Assembly: GCA_044221555.1 (NCBI GenBank)
Contig: JBGAOY010000004.1
Span: forward strand, 185,100 to 249,099
Direction: 5' to 3'
Length of the DNA: 64,000 nucleotides
Source of the DNA: Acidimicrobiales bacterium
GTDB taxonomy: Bacteria > Actinomycetota > Acidimicrobiia > Acidimicrobiales > DATDAH01
Shown in pieces: positions 1 to 9,014 of the stretch. Positions within the stretch are counted from its first letter, which is position 1. The number at the start of each line of letters is the position of its first letter. Both the position numbers and the translations under genes were made by a program. A model generated the notes under the pieces. It was not told where the DNA came from, ran no database searches, and was given only the letters and a program-made list of their open reading frames with translations.

Positions 1-1098
1 GCCGCCGGGCTCGACGAGCGCCGCCAGTTCCTGCGTCGGCGCCTCGACGAGCTCGAGGAGCGCCTGGCCCGCGATGCCGCCGAGCGGGGCGCGGCCGAGG
101 CCAAGCGGGTCGAGCTCGACCGGCGCCAGAGCGCCCTCGACCGGTTGGCGGCGTTCGTGGCGGAGCGCTCCCGCGTGGTCGAGGCCGGATTGACCGAGCT
201 GCGCGAGCGCCGCCGCCGCCAGTCCGAGGCCGCCCGTGCCGTGGCCAGCCGCCTCGACGGCCTGCGCACCCAGCGGTCCGAGGCCGAGCGCGCGCTGCAG
301 GAGGCCCGTGAGCTGCTGCAACGCGCCGAGCTCGACGACACCGAGACCCGCCTGCGCCTCGAGACCCACGTCGAGACGCTCCGACGCGACCTCGACTGCG
401 ATCCTGATCGGGCCCTCGCCGCCCAGTGCCCGGAGCTGGCCGAGGGCACCACGCCGGCGGCCCGGGCGCGCGACCTCGATCGCGACCTGCGGTTGATGGG
501 GCCCATCAACCCGTTGGCCCTCGAGGAGTACGAGGCCCTGCAGGAGCGCCACGAGTTCCTGCAGGCGCAACTCGACGACGTGAAGTCCAGCCGGCGCGAC
601 CTGGGCAAGGTGATCCGCGCCATCGACAACGAGATCATGAGCGTGTTCGCGTCGGCCTTCGCCGACGTGTCGGCGAATTTCGAGTCCCTGTTCGAGACGC
701 TGTTCCCCGGCGGTCGCGGTCGCCTGCGGCTCACCGACCCCGACGACCTGCTCAACACCGGCATCGAGGTCGAGGCCCGTCCCTCGGGCAAGAACGTCAA
801 GAAGCTCTCGCTGCTGTCGGGTGGTGAGCGCTCCCTCACCGCGCTGGCCTTCCTGTTCGCGGTGTTCCGCAGCCGGCCGTCGCCGTTCTACGTGCTCGAC
901 GAGGTCGAGGCCGCGCTCGACGACATGAACCTGCACCGGTTCCTCGACCTGCTGCACGAGTTCCGCCAGGAGGCGCAACTCCTGGTGGTCAGCCACCAGA
1001 AGCGCACCATGGAGGCCGCCGACGTGCTGTACGGCGTGACGATGCAGCCGGGCGGGTCGTCACGGGTGCTGTCCGAAAAGGTCAGTGCCGGCACCTGA
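1..1098 (+). CDS. smc: Chromosome segregation protein SMC, C-terminal part (5' end lies outside the window)
   Basis: Frame-1 ORF is open from base 1. Coiled-coil-like Glu/Arg/Leu-rich stretch, then ABC signature LSGGERSLTALAFLFA and Walker B FYVLDEVEAALD. Stop at 1096-1098. Confidence 0.93.
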   Translation, partial: AAGLDERRQFLRRRLDELEERLARDAAERGAAEAKRVELDRRQSALDRLAAFVAERSRVVEAGLTELRERRRRQSEAARAVASRLDGLRTQRSEAERALQEARELLQRAELDDTETRLRLETHVETLRRDLDCDPDRALAAQCPELAEGTTPAARARDLDRDLRLMGPINPLALEEYEALQERHEFLQAQLDDVKSSRRDLGKVIRAIDNEIMSVFASAFADVSANFESLFETLFPGGRGRLRLTDPDDLLNTGIEVEARPSGKNVKKLSLLSGGERSLTALAFLFAVFRSRPSPFYVLDEVEAALDDMNLHRFLDLLHEFRQEAQLLVVSHQKRTMEAADVLYGVTMQPGGSSRVLSEKVSAGT

Positions 1099-1633
1099 CG
1101 CCTCGCCATCGTCGAGCGGTGCCGGCCGGCGGTTCCGGGTCGCGCTCGCGATCACGCTCGGCCTACTGGTGGTGCTGATGGTGACCGGCCTGTTCCTCAC
1201 CTGGGCGTACCGCCCGGAACCGGACGCCTCGACGAGCTTCCGAGTGGCCCACCGCGTGGCCTCGGCGCTCCTCATGCCGGCGTCGTGGGCCCTGGCGTTC
1301 ACCATGGTGCAGGCCCGGTGGGGCGCCGGCCGGCGCTCGCCGGCCGTGCGGTGGGCGGTACCGGCCCTGATCGTGCTGGCGGTCCCGGCGGCGGCGTTCA
1401 CCGGGTTCCTCCTGCCGTGGGAGGAGGTGGTCGTGCCGGCGGCCGTGGTGCCGCCTGCGCTGCGGGGCATGGGCGTGGCCTTCGACGCCGGCGTGTCCAC
1501 GGTGAGCTTCGGTGCCGACCCCATCGCCCGCTCCGTCTACCAGCGCTACGTGCTGGCCCACTTCTTCCTCGGCGCGCTGGTGACCGGGCTGGTCCTGCTC
1601 GTCGCCCGCACCGCCGCTCGCCGATCCCGCTGA
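1085..1633 (+). CDS. Cytochrome b N-terminal-domain-like membrane protein (4 predicted TM helices, only 2 His)
   Basis: GTG start overlaps the smc 3' end by 14 nt. Motifs VTGLFLTWAYRP, FRVAHRVAS and FTGFLLPWEE resemble cytochrome b helices A, B and the GYxLPWGQ signature. Paralog of 27259-27870. Confidence 0.6.
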   Translation: MPAPDASPSSSGAGRRFRVALAITLGLLVVLMVTGLFLTWAYRPEPDASTSFRVAHRVASALLMPASWALAFTMVQARWGAGRRSPAVRWAVPALIVLAVPAAAFTGFLLPWEEVVVPAAVVPPALRGMGVAFDAGVSTVSFGADPIARSVYQRYVLAHFFLGALVTGLVLLVARTAARRSR

Positions 1634-1697
1634 CGAACCGGACGACGGCGCCGCGCCGACGAGGAGGAGCCAGCCGGTGTGCTGAGGGGGACGCCGG

Positions 1698-2660
1698 TCA
1701 GGGCAGGCGGGCGAACCAGGCCAGTGAGAGGGAGGCGGCGGCGAGGAACAGCACGAGGGCGGCGCCGACGAACCACGGCGTGATCTCGCGTTGGGTCGTC
1801 TCATGGCCCACCGAGCTGCCGATGTCCTCGAACACCGCGCTCAGCTCCTGCTCGGTGGCCGCCGTGAAGAACGAGCCACCGGTGTCGTCGGCGATCGTCT
1901 GCAGCGACTCCTCGTCGACGGGCACCGGGATGACCGTGGGTGGGGTGGTGGCGTCGGTGTACTCGATGGTCCCGTCGGGGGTACCGAAGGCGATGGTGGA
2001 CACCGGCACCCCCGCCTCGACCGCGGCCGCGGACGCGTCGGCCTCGCTGCGGCCCACCGTCCGGGTGCCGTCGGACATCAAGACGATGCGGGCGGGTGCA
2101 GGGTCGTCCGCCCCGCTGTCGGGCATGTCCTCGATGGCCTGCAGCGCGGTGAAGATGGCCTCGCCGGTCGCGGTGCTCTCGCCCAGCTCCAGGCCGTCGA
2201 CGGCGCGGATGACCGCGTCGCGGTCGGTGGTGGGCGTGACCCGCACCTGCGCGGCGCCGTTGAAGGTGACGAGGCCGAGGTTGATGCGAGGTGGCAACAG
2301 GTCGACGAACCGCTTGGCCGCAGCCTGCGCCGCCTCAAGTCGGGAGGGGGCGACGTCGGTGGCGTCCATGGACAGCGACGTGTCGATCGCCACGATGACC
2401 GTCGCCCGCTCGACCGGCACCTGCACATCGCGGGCGGGGCGGGCCACGGCCACGATCAGGGCGGCCAGCGCCAGCAGGAAGACGCCCGCGGTGACGTGGC
2501 GGCGCCACCCGGGGCGCTTGGGCGCCACCTTGTCGAGCAGCTCGAGGTTGGTGAACCGCACCGCGTAGTCGGGCCGGCGGCGCTGCAGCACCACGTAGAC
2601 GACCAGCATGGCCAGTGGTGCGAGGAGCACGAGGAGCCATGCCGGCTGCAGGAAGCTCAC
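1698..2660 (-). CDS. VWA domain membrane protein (BatA-like)
   Basis: N-terminal TM helix, MIDAS motif DTSLSMD, C-terminal TM helix. GTG start forms a GTGA overlap with the DUF58 stop. Confidence 0.85.
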   Translation of the reverse strand: MSFLQPAWLLVLLAPLAMLVVYVVLQRRRPDYAVRFTNLELLDKVAPKRPGWRRHVTAGVFLLALAALIVAVARPARDVQVPVERATVIVAIDTSLSMDATDVAPSRLEAAQAAAKRFVDLLPPRINLGLVTFNGAAQVRVTPTTDRDAVIRAVDGLELGESTATGEAIFTALQAIEDMPDSGADDPAPARIVLMSDGTRTVGRSEADASAAAVEAGVPVSTIAFGTPDGTIEYTDATTPPTVIPVPVDEESLQTIADDTGGSFFTAATEQELSAVFEDIGSSVGHETTQREITPWFVGAALVLFLAAASLSLAWFARLP

Positions 2661-3586
2661 GGCATCGGCCGGGGCAGGGTCTCGACCCGCTGGCGACGGA
2701 TCGTGACGAAGCGGACGAGGTCGAGCAGCCAGTCGCGGTCGGTGCGCAGCACCAGGTGGTCGGCGCCGGCGCCGCGAATGGCCCGGGCGATGCCCGTTCG
2801 CTGCTCACGGGCGGCATCCGCGTAGCGGCTGCGGAGACGGTGGCTGGTGCGCACCTCCCGCCGCTGGCCGGTCTCGGTGTCGATCAGGTCGAGCACCCCG
2901 ACATCGGGCAGTTCGAGCTCGCGGGGGTCGACCACTTCCACCGCCAGGACCTCGTGGCGGGTCGCCAGCAGCCGCAGGGGATGGTCCCAGCCGTCGGGCG
3001 CGAGGAAGTCGGACACCACCACCACCAGTCCCCGGCGACGGGCCAGGCCGGCGGCGCGCCGCATGGCCGCGCCGAGGTCGGCCGGCTGCGGGGCGCCGCC
3101 CTCGTGGGTCGTCGGCGCGGTGACGAGGCGGTGCAGCACGCCCATCAGGTGGGCCCGGCCGCTGCGGGCGGGCAGGGTGTCGACACCGGTGCCACCCGCA
3201 GCCAGCACGCCGAAGCGGTTGCCGGTGCGCGCGGTGAGGAACCCGATGGCCGCCACTGCGGCGACGGCGAGGTCGCGCTTCTCGCAGGCCGCGGTGCCGA
3301 AGTCGAGGCTCGGCGAGCGGTCGACGACCACCCACGTCTCCAGCTCGCGGTCGGCGATCGTGTCGCGGACGTGGGGCACCTGGGTCCGGGCGGTGACGTT
3401 CCAGTCGATCCGGCGGACGTCGTCACCCGGCTGGTACTCGCGCGTGTCGCCGGGCTCGCTGCCGTGGCCGGGGACCAGTCCCCGGTAGTCGCCCTGGAGC
3501 ATGCCGTCGAGCCGGTGGGTGATGTCGATCTCGAGGCGGCGCAGCACCTGTTCGGGCGCGCCACCGATGGCGGGGGGCGTGTTCAC
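2657..3586 (-). CDS. DUF58 family protein (MoxR-associated)
   Basis: Motif REYQPGDDVRRIDWNVTAR is typical of DUF58. I placed the start at GTG 3586, 13 nt after the moxR stop. The upstream part of the 456-aa track ORF overlaps moxR out of frame and is Pro/Ser/Thr/Arg junk. Confidence 0.8.
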   Translation of the reverse strand: MNTPPAIGGAPEQVLRRLEIDITHRLDGMLQGDYRGLVPGHGSEPGDTREYQPGDDVRRIDWNVTARTQVPHVRDTIADRELETWVVVDRSPSLDFGTAACEKRDLAVAAVAAIGFLTARTGNRFGVLAAGGTGVDTLPARSGRAHLMGVLHRLVTAPTTHEGGAPQPADLGAAMRRAAGLARRRGLVVVVSDFLAPDGWDHPLRLLATRHEVLAVEVVDPRELELPDVGVLDLIDTETGQRREVRTSHRLRSRYADAAREQRTGIARAIRGAGADHLVLRTDRDWLLDLVRFVTIRRQRVETLPRPMP

Positions 3587-3599
3587 GCGGCACCGACCA

Positions 3600-4820
3600 T
3601 CAGGCGGTGATCTGGGCGGCGGGCCCGTCGGGTCTCGCCGACGGACCCGGGACGGTCTGGGGCGCGTGCCCGTGGTGGGGGGTGTGGCCGTGGAGGAGGG
3701 CGGGGTCCTGGCTGGGGGCGATGCGGGGGGCGGGCACCGTGGAGAGGATGCGGGCGAGCAACTGGTCGGCGCTGACCGACTGGGCCAGGGCCTCGTAGGA
3801 CAGCACCAGGCGGTGGCGGAGGATGTCGGGGGCGACGTCGAACACGTCCTGGGGGAGGGCGTAGGTGCGCCCCCGCAGGAGGGCGATGGCCCGACCGGCG
3901 GCCAGCAGGCCGAGGCTGGCGCGGGGACTGGCGCCGTAGGCGATGAACTCGCTGATGTCCGCCAGGCCGTGGGTGGCGGGGTCGCGCGTGGCCAGCACCA
4001 GGCTGACCGCGTAGTCGACCACCGCACGGTCGACGTACACCGTGTCGGCGGCGTCCTGCAGCCGCTTCACCTCGTCGGCGCCCAGCACGGGCACGGGCAC
4101 GGGCGGTGACACGCTCATGCGGTAGACGATCTCGACCTCTTCGGCGGGGGTCGGGTAGCCCAGTACCACCTTCATCAGGAAGCGGTCGCGCTGGGCCTCG
4201 GGCAGGGGGTACACACCCTCCGACTCGATGGGGTTCTGGGTGGCCAGCACCAGGAACGGGTCGGGGGCCGGGAAGGTCTGACCGCCGATCGACACCTGGT
4301 GCTCGGCCATCACCTCGAGCAGGGCCGACTGCACCTTGGCGGGCGCCCGGTTGATCTCGTCGGCCAGCACGAAGTTGGCGAATATGGGCCCCAGCTCGAC
4401 GTCGAACTGCTCGCTCGACGCCCGGTAGATGCGGGTGCCGATGATGTCGGAGGGCAGCAGGTCGGGGGTGAACTGCAGGCGGGTGAACGAGCAGCCCGAC
4501 ACGGTGGCCAGGGTCTCGATGGCAAGGGTCTTGGCCAGGCCCGGCACACCCTCGAGCAGGCAGTGCCCGCGGGCCAGCAGGCACACCACCAGCCGTTCGA
4601 GGGCCCGCTCCTGGCCGACGATGACCTTCTTCACCTCGAAGATCGCCATCTCGAGCAGTTGCGCGGTCTTGGCCGCGGACCGCAGCGCCGCATCGGGGGA
4701 CGTGGTGGGCGCGGCGCCGGTGGTGGCGATGGCCTCGGGCGCGTCGGCGGTGGGGATGTCGGCGGTGGGGATGTCGGCGGGATGGGCGTCGGCGGGTGAC
4801 ACGTCGGGGGAGGGGTCCAT
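3600..4820 (-). CDS. moxR: MoxR-family AAA+ ATPase
   Basis: Walker A GVPGLAKT, Walker B FVLADEINRA, and LVLATQNPIESEGVYPLPEAQRDRF. ATG 4820 has AGGAG 7 nt upstream. An alternative GTG lies at 4853. Confidence 0.9.
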   Translation of the reverse strand: MDPSPDVSPADAHPADIPTADIPTADAPEAIATTGAAPTTSPDAALRSAAKTAQLLEMAIFEVKKVIVGQERALERLVVCLLARGHCLLEGVPGLAKTLAIETLATVSGCSFTRLQFTPDLLPSDIIGTRIYRASSEQFDVELGPIFANFVLADEINRAPAKVQSALLEVMAEHQVSIGGQTFPAPDPFLVLATQNPIESEGVYPLPEAQRDRFLMKVVLGYPTPAEEVEIVYRMSVSPPVPVPVLGADEVKRLQDAADTVYVDRAVVDYAVSLVLATRDPATHGLADISEFIAYGASPRASLGLLAAGRAIALLRGRTYALPQDVFDVAPDILRHRLVLSYEALAQSVSADQLLARILSTVPAPRIAPSQDPALLHGHTPHHGHAPQTVPGPSARPDGPAAQITA

Positions 4821-4947
4821 CGGGGCGCTCCTGTCGGTTCGAACCTGCGTCACCCTAAAGGGTGCGGTCCCCGGGGCATCGTCAGGCGGCCCTGTGGGTG
4901 GCGGGCCCGGCCGGGCGGGGCCCAGGCCCGGGTGGCACGATGGTTAC

Positions 4948-5844
4948 GTGGGGGTGACGAGCGGGCGAGAGGCCCGTGAACTCGACGTGGACGAGGCCGG
5001 CCAGCACGCGGGCGCGGAGCGTGATCTCGCGTCCGCGACCGTGGCGGCGCTCGGTCTGGGCACGGCGGCGGCCGTGGAGCGCCTGGGCGGGATGACCAAC
5101 CGCAACTTCCGGGTGGACACCGACGCCGGCACCTTCCACGTCCGTCTGCCCGGCGCCGGCACCGAGGCCTACATCGACCGTGGCGTCGAGGCCCACAACG
5201 CCCGGCGGGCCGCCGACCTCGGGCTGAACTGCGAGGTGCTGCACCTCGGCGCCGACGGCACCATGGTGTGCACCTTCGTGGAGGGCGAGGTGCTCGCGGC
5301 CGACCGGTTGGCGGCGGCGCCGGGTCGGCTCGAGCAGGTGGCCCGGGTGCTGTGGCGGCTGCACACCGGAGCCGACCGCTTCGCCGGCCGGTTCGACCCG
5401 CTCGAGATGCTCCGGCGCCACCGTGCCGCCCTGGTCGTGCCGCCCGACGGCATCGACGACCTGATCGCCGAGGTGGCCGCGTTCGACCTCGACGGGCCCC
5501 TGGCGCCCTGCCACAACGATCCGTGGCCGCCGAACTTCGTGTGGTTCGACGAGGGCGTGGTCCTCGTGGACTGGGAGTACTCCGCGATGAACGACCCCGG
5601 CTGGGATCTGGCCCACCTGTCGGTGGAGGCGGGTCTCGACGACGACGACCACGAGCGGCTCCTGTGGGCGTACTGCGGCGGCCGGCCGCCAGCCGAGCTG
5701 CGCCGGCGGGTGGCCCTGCTCCGGGGGGTGACCGACGTGGTGTGGGGGCTCTGGGCCCTGGTGCAGCACGCCGACGGCAACGGGGCGACCGACTTCCCCG
5801 CCTACGCCGCCGAGCGTCTCCGCCGCGCGCCGACCTGGTGGTAG
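4948..5844 (+). CDS. Phosphotransferase of the choline/ethanolamine-kinase / APH fold
   Basis: GGMTNRNFRV nucleotide loop, Brenner-like CHNDPWPPNF, and VDWEYSAMNDPGWDLA. Start set at GTG 4948 (or 4954). The upstream part of the track ORF is antisense to moxR. Confidence 0.7.
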   Translation: MGVTSGREARELDVDEAGQHAGAERDLASATVAALGLGTAAAVERLGGMTNRNFRVDTDAGTFHVRLPGAGTEAYIDRGVEAHNARRAADLGLNCEVLHLGADGTMVCTFVEGEVLAADRLAAAPGRLEQVARVLWRLHTGADRFAGRFDPLEMLRRHRAALVVPPDGIDDLIAEVAAFDLDGPLAPCHNDPWPPNFVWFDEGVVLVDWEYSAMNDPGWDLAHLSVEAGLDDDDHERLLWAYCGGRPPAELRRRVALLRGVTDVVWGLWALVQHADGNGATDFPAYAAERLRRAPTWW

Positions 5845-5944
5845 CCCGGTCGCGACGGCCGCGACGGTCGCGACGGCGGCCGCGGTCGACCGTCGTCGGG
5901 GACAGGGGTCGGCAGGCGACCCGCCGCTCCTCCCACGAGCACGG

Positions 5945-6928
<984 letters not shown>

Positions 6929-6978
6929 GGGCTCGTTTTACCTTGGCGTTACAGGTCGCGCCGCTACCGTCGGGTGTG

Positions 6979-7671
6979 ATGCGCGTGCTGGTGGTGGACG
7001 ACGAAGTCGATCTGGCCGAGGCGGTGGCCCTGGGGCTACGCCGGGACGGGTACGCGGTCGACGTCGCCTTCGGTGGCCAGGAGGCGGTCGACAAGCTGCG
7101 GCTGAACGCCTACGACCTGCTGTGTCTCGACCTCACCATGCCCGACCTCGACGGCCTGGAGGTGTGTCGCTGGATCAAGGGCCCTGAGGGGCCCGACACG
7201 TCCCCACGGGTGCTGATGCTCACCGCTCGCGACAGCCTCGGTGACCGGGTGGCCGGTCTCGACGAGGGGGCCGACGACTACCTGGTCAAGCCGTTCGCCT
7301 TCGACGAGCTGCGCGCCCGCGTGCGGTCGCTGCTGCGCCGCGAGGCCGCCCGCAGCGGGTCGGTCCTGACCGTGGGCGACCTGGAGTTGAACGACGCCCG
7401 CCACGAGGCCCGCCGTGCCGGCGCCCTGCTGGAGCTCACCGCCAAGGAGTTCGCGCTGCTGCGCTACTTCATGGCCCACGCCGGCCAGGTGCTGTCGCAG
7501 GAAGACCTGCTCGAGCACGTGTGGGACGAGCACGCCGACCCGTTCACCAACACGGTGCGGGTCACCGTGGGCACGCTGCGGCGCAAGCTCGAGCGTGCCG
7601 CCGACGATGGCTCCGCCCCGATCGAGACCGTGATCGGCAGGGGCTACCGGCTGATCGAGCCGGGCCCGTGA
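6979..7671 (+). CDS. OmpR-family response regulator (MprA/CseB-like)
   Basis: MRVLVVDDE receiver domain with phospho-acceptor Asp in LLCLDLTMPDLDG. Winged-helix output LTAKEFALLRYF...TVIGRGYRL. Confidence 0.92.
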   Translation: MRVLVVDDEVDLAEAVALGLRRDGYAVDVAFGGQEAVDKLRLNAYDLLCLDLTMPDLDGLEVCRWIKGPEGPDTSPRVLMLTARDSLGDRVAGLDEGADDYLVKPFAFDELRARVRSLLRREAARSGSVLTVGDLELNDARHEARRAGALLELTAKEFALLRYFMAHAGQVLSQEDLLEHVWDEHADPFTNTVRVTVGTLRRKLERAADDGSAPIETVIGRGYRLIEPGP

Positions 7672-7675
7672 GCAC

Positions 7676-8902
7676 GTGATGGGCTCGATCCGCGTCCGCC
7701 TCACGCTGCTCTACTCCGTGCTGCTGTTCGGCCTGGCCGCCCTGGTGGTGGCCGGCGTGTACGTGGCCCTGTCGCGCAGCCTCGACGACGAGCCCGTGTC
7801 CCGCACCATCAACGTCACCCGGCTCATGGTCGACCCCTCGGGTCGGGTCATCCGCGAGGAGCAGCCGGTACGGGCCCAGATCAGCGGGCTGGAGCACCTG
7901 GTGAACGAGCGGGCGCTCGAGCAGCTGCGCAACTACTCCTTCGGGGCCCTCGGGGTGCTGTTCGTGGCCAGCCTGGGGGTGGGGTGGTTCGTGGCCGGCC
8001 GGGTGCTGCGCCCGATCGGCCACATCACCGACGTGGCCAACGAGATCCAGGCGACCGACCTGTCACGGCGCATCGACCTGAAGGGCCCCGACGACGAGTT
8101 GAAGCAGTTGGCCGACACCTTCGACGCCATGTTGGGGCGCCTCGACGCGGCCTTCGAGGCCCAGCGCCGCTTCATCCAGGACACCTCGCACGAGCTGCGC
8201 AACCCGCTGGCGGTGATCCGCACCAACCTCGACGTGGCCCTCAGCGACCCCGAGGCCAGTGCCGACGACCTGCGCGAGGCGGGCACCGTCGTCCAGCGCA
8301 CCGTCGATCGCCTGACCCACCTCGTCGACGACCTGCTGCAGTTCGCCCGCCACGGCGCCCCTACGTTCGCGCACGAGCCCGTCGACCTGGCCGACGTGGT
8401 CGCGGAGGTGGCCGCCGAGTTCTCCGGCCCCGCCGACGAGCGTCACCTCACCATCGAGGCGGTGGCACCGACCGGGCTCTGGGTGATCGGCGACCGGGTG
8501 GCGCTCCGCCAGGCGCTGCACAACCTGGTGGGCAACGCGGTCCGGCTGGCCCCCGAGGCGACGACCGTGCGCCTGGCCGCGGGGACCGACCACGGCTGGA
8601 CCTGGATGGCCGTCGAGGACCAGGGGCCCGGCATCCCCGCAGCCGAGCGCGACCTGGTGTTCCAGCGCTTCTGGCGCAAGAGCAGGGAGGGCGGCGAGGC
8701 CGAGCGGGGGAGCGGTCTCGGCCTCACCATCGTGCGCCAGGTGGCCGAGGGCCACAACGGCGAGGTGCGTCTGGCGTCCGAGGAGGGCCGCGGCTCGACC
8801 TTCTCGCTCTGGCTCCCCGCGGCGCCGGCCGACCGCGTGCCGGGCGACCGGGTACCCCCCGACCGGGTGCCGGCCGACGCGGTCGGGTCGCAGTCCGGCT
8901 GA
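7676..8902 (+). CDS. Sensor histidine kinase (HAMP-HisKA-HATPase, MprB/CseC-like)
   Basis: Two TM helices flank a ~60-aa loop. H-box SHELRNPL, N-box LVGNAVR, G-boxes DQGPGI and GSGLGL. The C-terminus carries DRVPx x3. Confidence 0.9.
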   Translation: MMGSIRVRLTLLYSVLLFGLAALVVAGVYVALSRSLDDEPVSRTINVTRLMVDPSGRVIREEQPVRAQISGLEHLVNERALEQLRNYSFGALGVLFVASLGVGWFVAGRVLRPIGHITDVANEIQATDLSRRIDLKGPDDELKQLADTFDAMLGRLDAAFEAQRRFIQDTSHELRNPLAVIRTNLDVALSDPEASADDLREAGTVVQRTVDRLTHLVDDLLQFARHGAPTFAHEPVDLADVVAEVAAEFSGPADERHLTIEAVAPTGLWVIGDRVALRQALHNLVGNAVRLAPEATTVRLAAGTDHGWTWMAVEDQGPGIPAAERDLVFQRFWRKSREGGEAERGSGLGLTIVRQVAEGHNGEVRLASEEGRGSTFSLWLPAAPADRVPGDRVPPDRVPADAVGSQSG

Positions 8903-8964
8903 GCGCACTTATCCTGGCTTTCGGGCGCTCTTACCCCCCTTTTAGGGCACGTGGTGCACCGTGT

Positions 8965-8995
8965 GGTCATCAGCCCCACCGAGGGTCATCAGCCC
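8965..8995 (+). promoter_or_regulatory. Direct repeat GGTCATCAGCCC x2 (19-bp period) upstream of htrA; candidate response-regulator site
   Basis: Exact 12-bp copies at 8965-8976 and 8984-8995, 20-50 bp upstream of ATG 9015. The function is inference. Confidence 0.3.
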
Positions 8996-9014
8996 TGAAG
9001 AGGAACGAGGAAAC

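Noticed and set aside
2657-4027. Long (456-aa) version of the DUF58 ORF
   Set aside because: The first ~147 codons overlap moxR in another frame and are Pro/Ser/Thr/Arg junk. A GTG at 3586, just after the moxR stop, gives a normal-length DUF58 protein.
4830-4850. GGTTCGAACC (and GGTTCGACC at about 19158) as possible tRNA T-loops
   Set aside because: No matching acceptor, D or anticodon stems can be drawn around them. The first lies immediately upstream of the moxR start in its 5' leader. I found no tRNA in the window.
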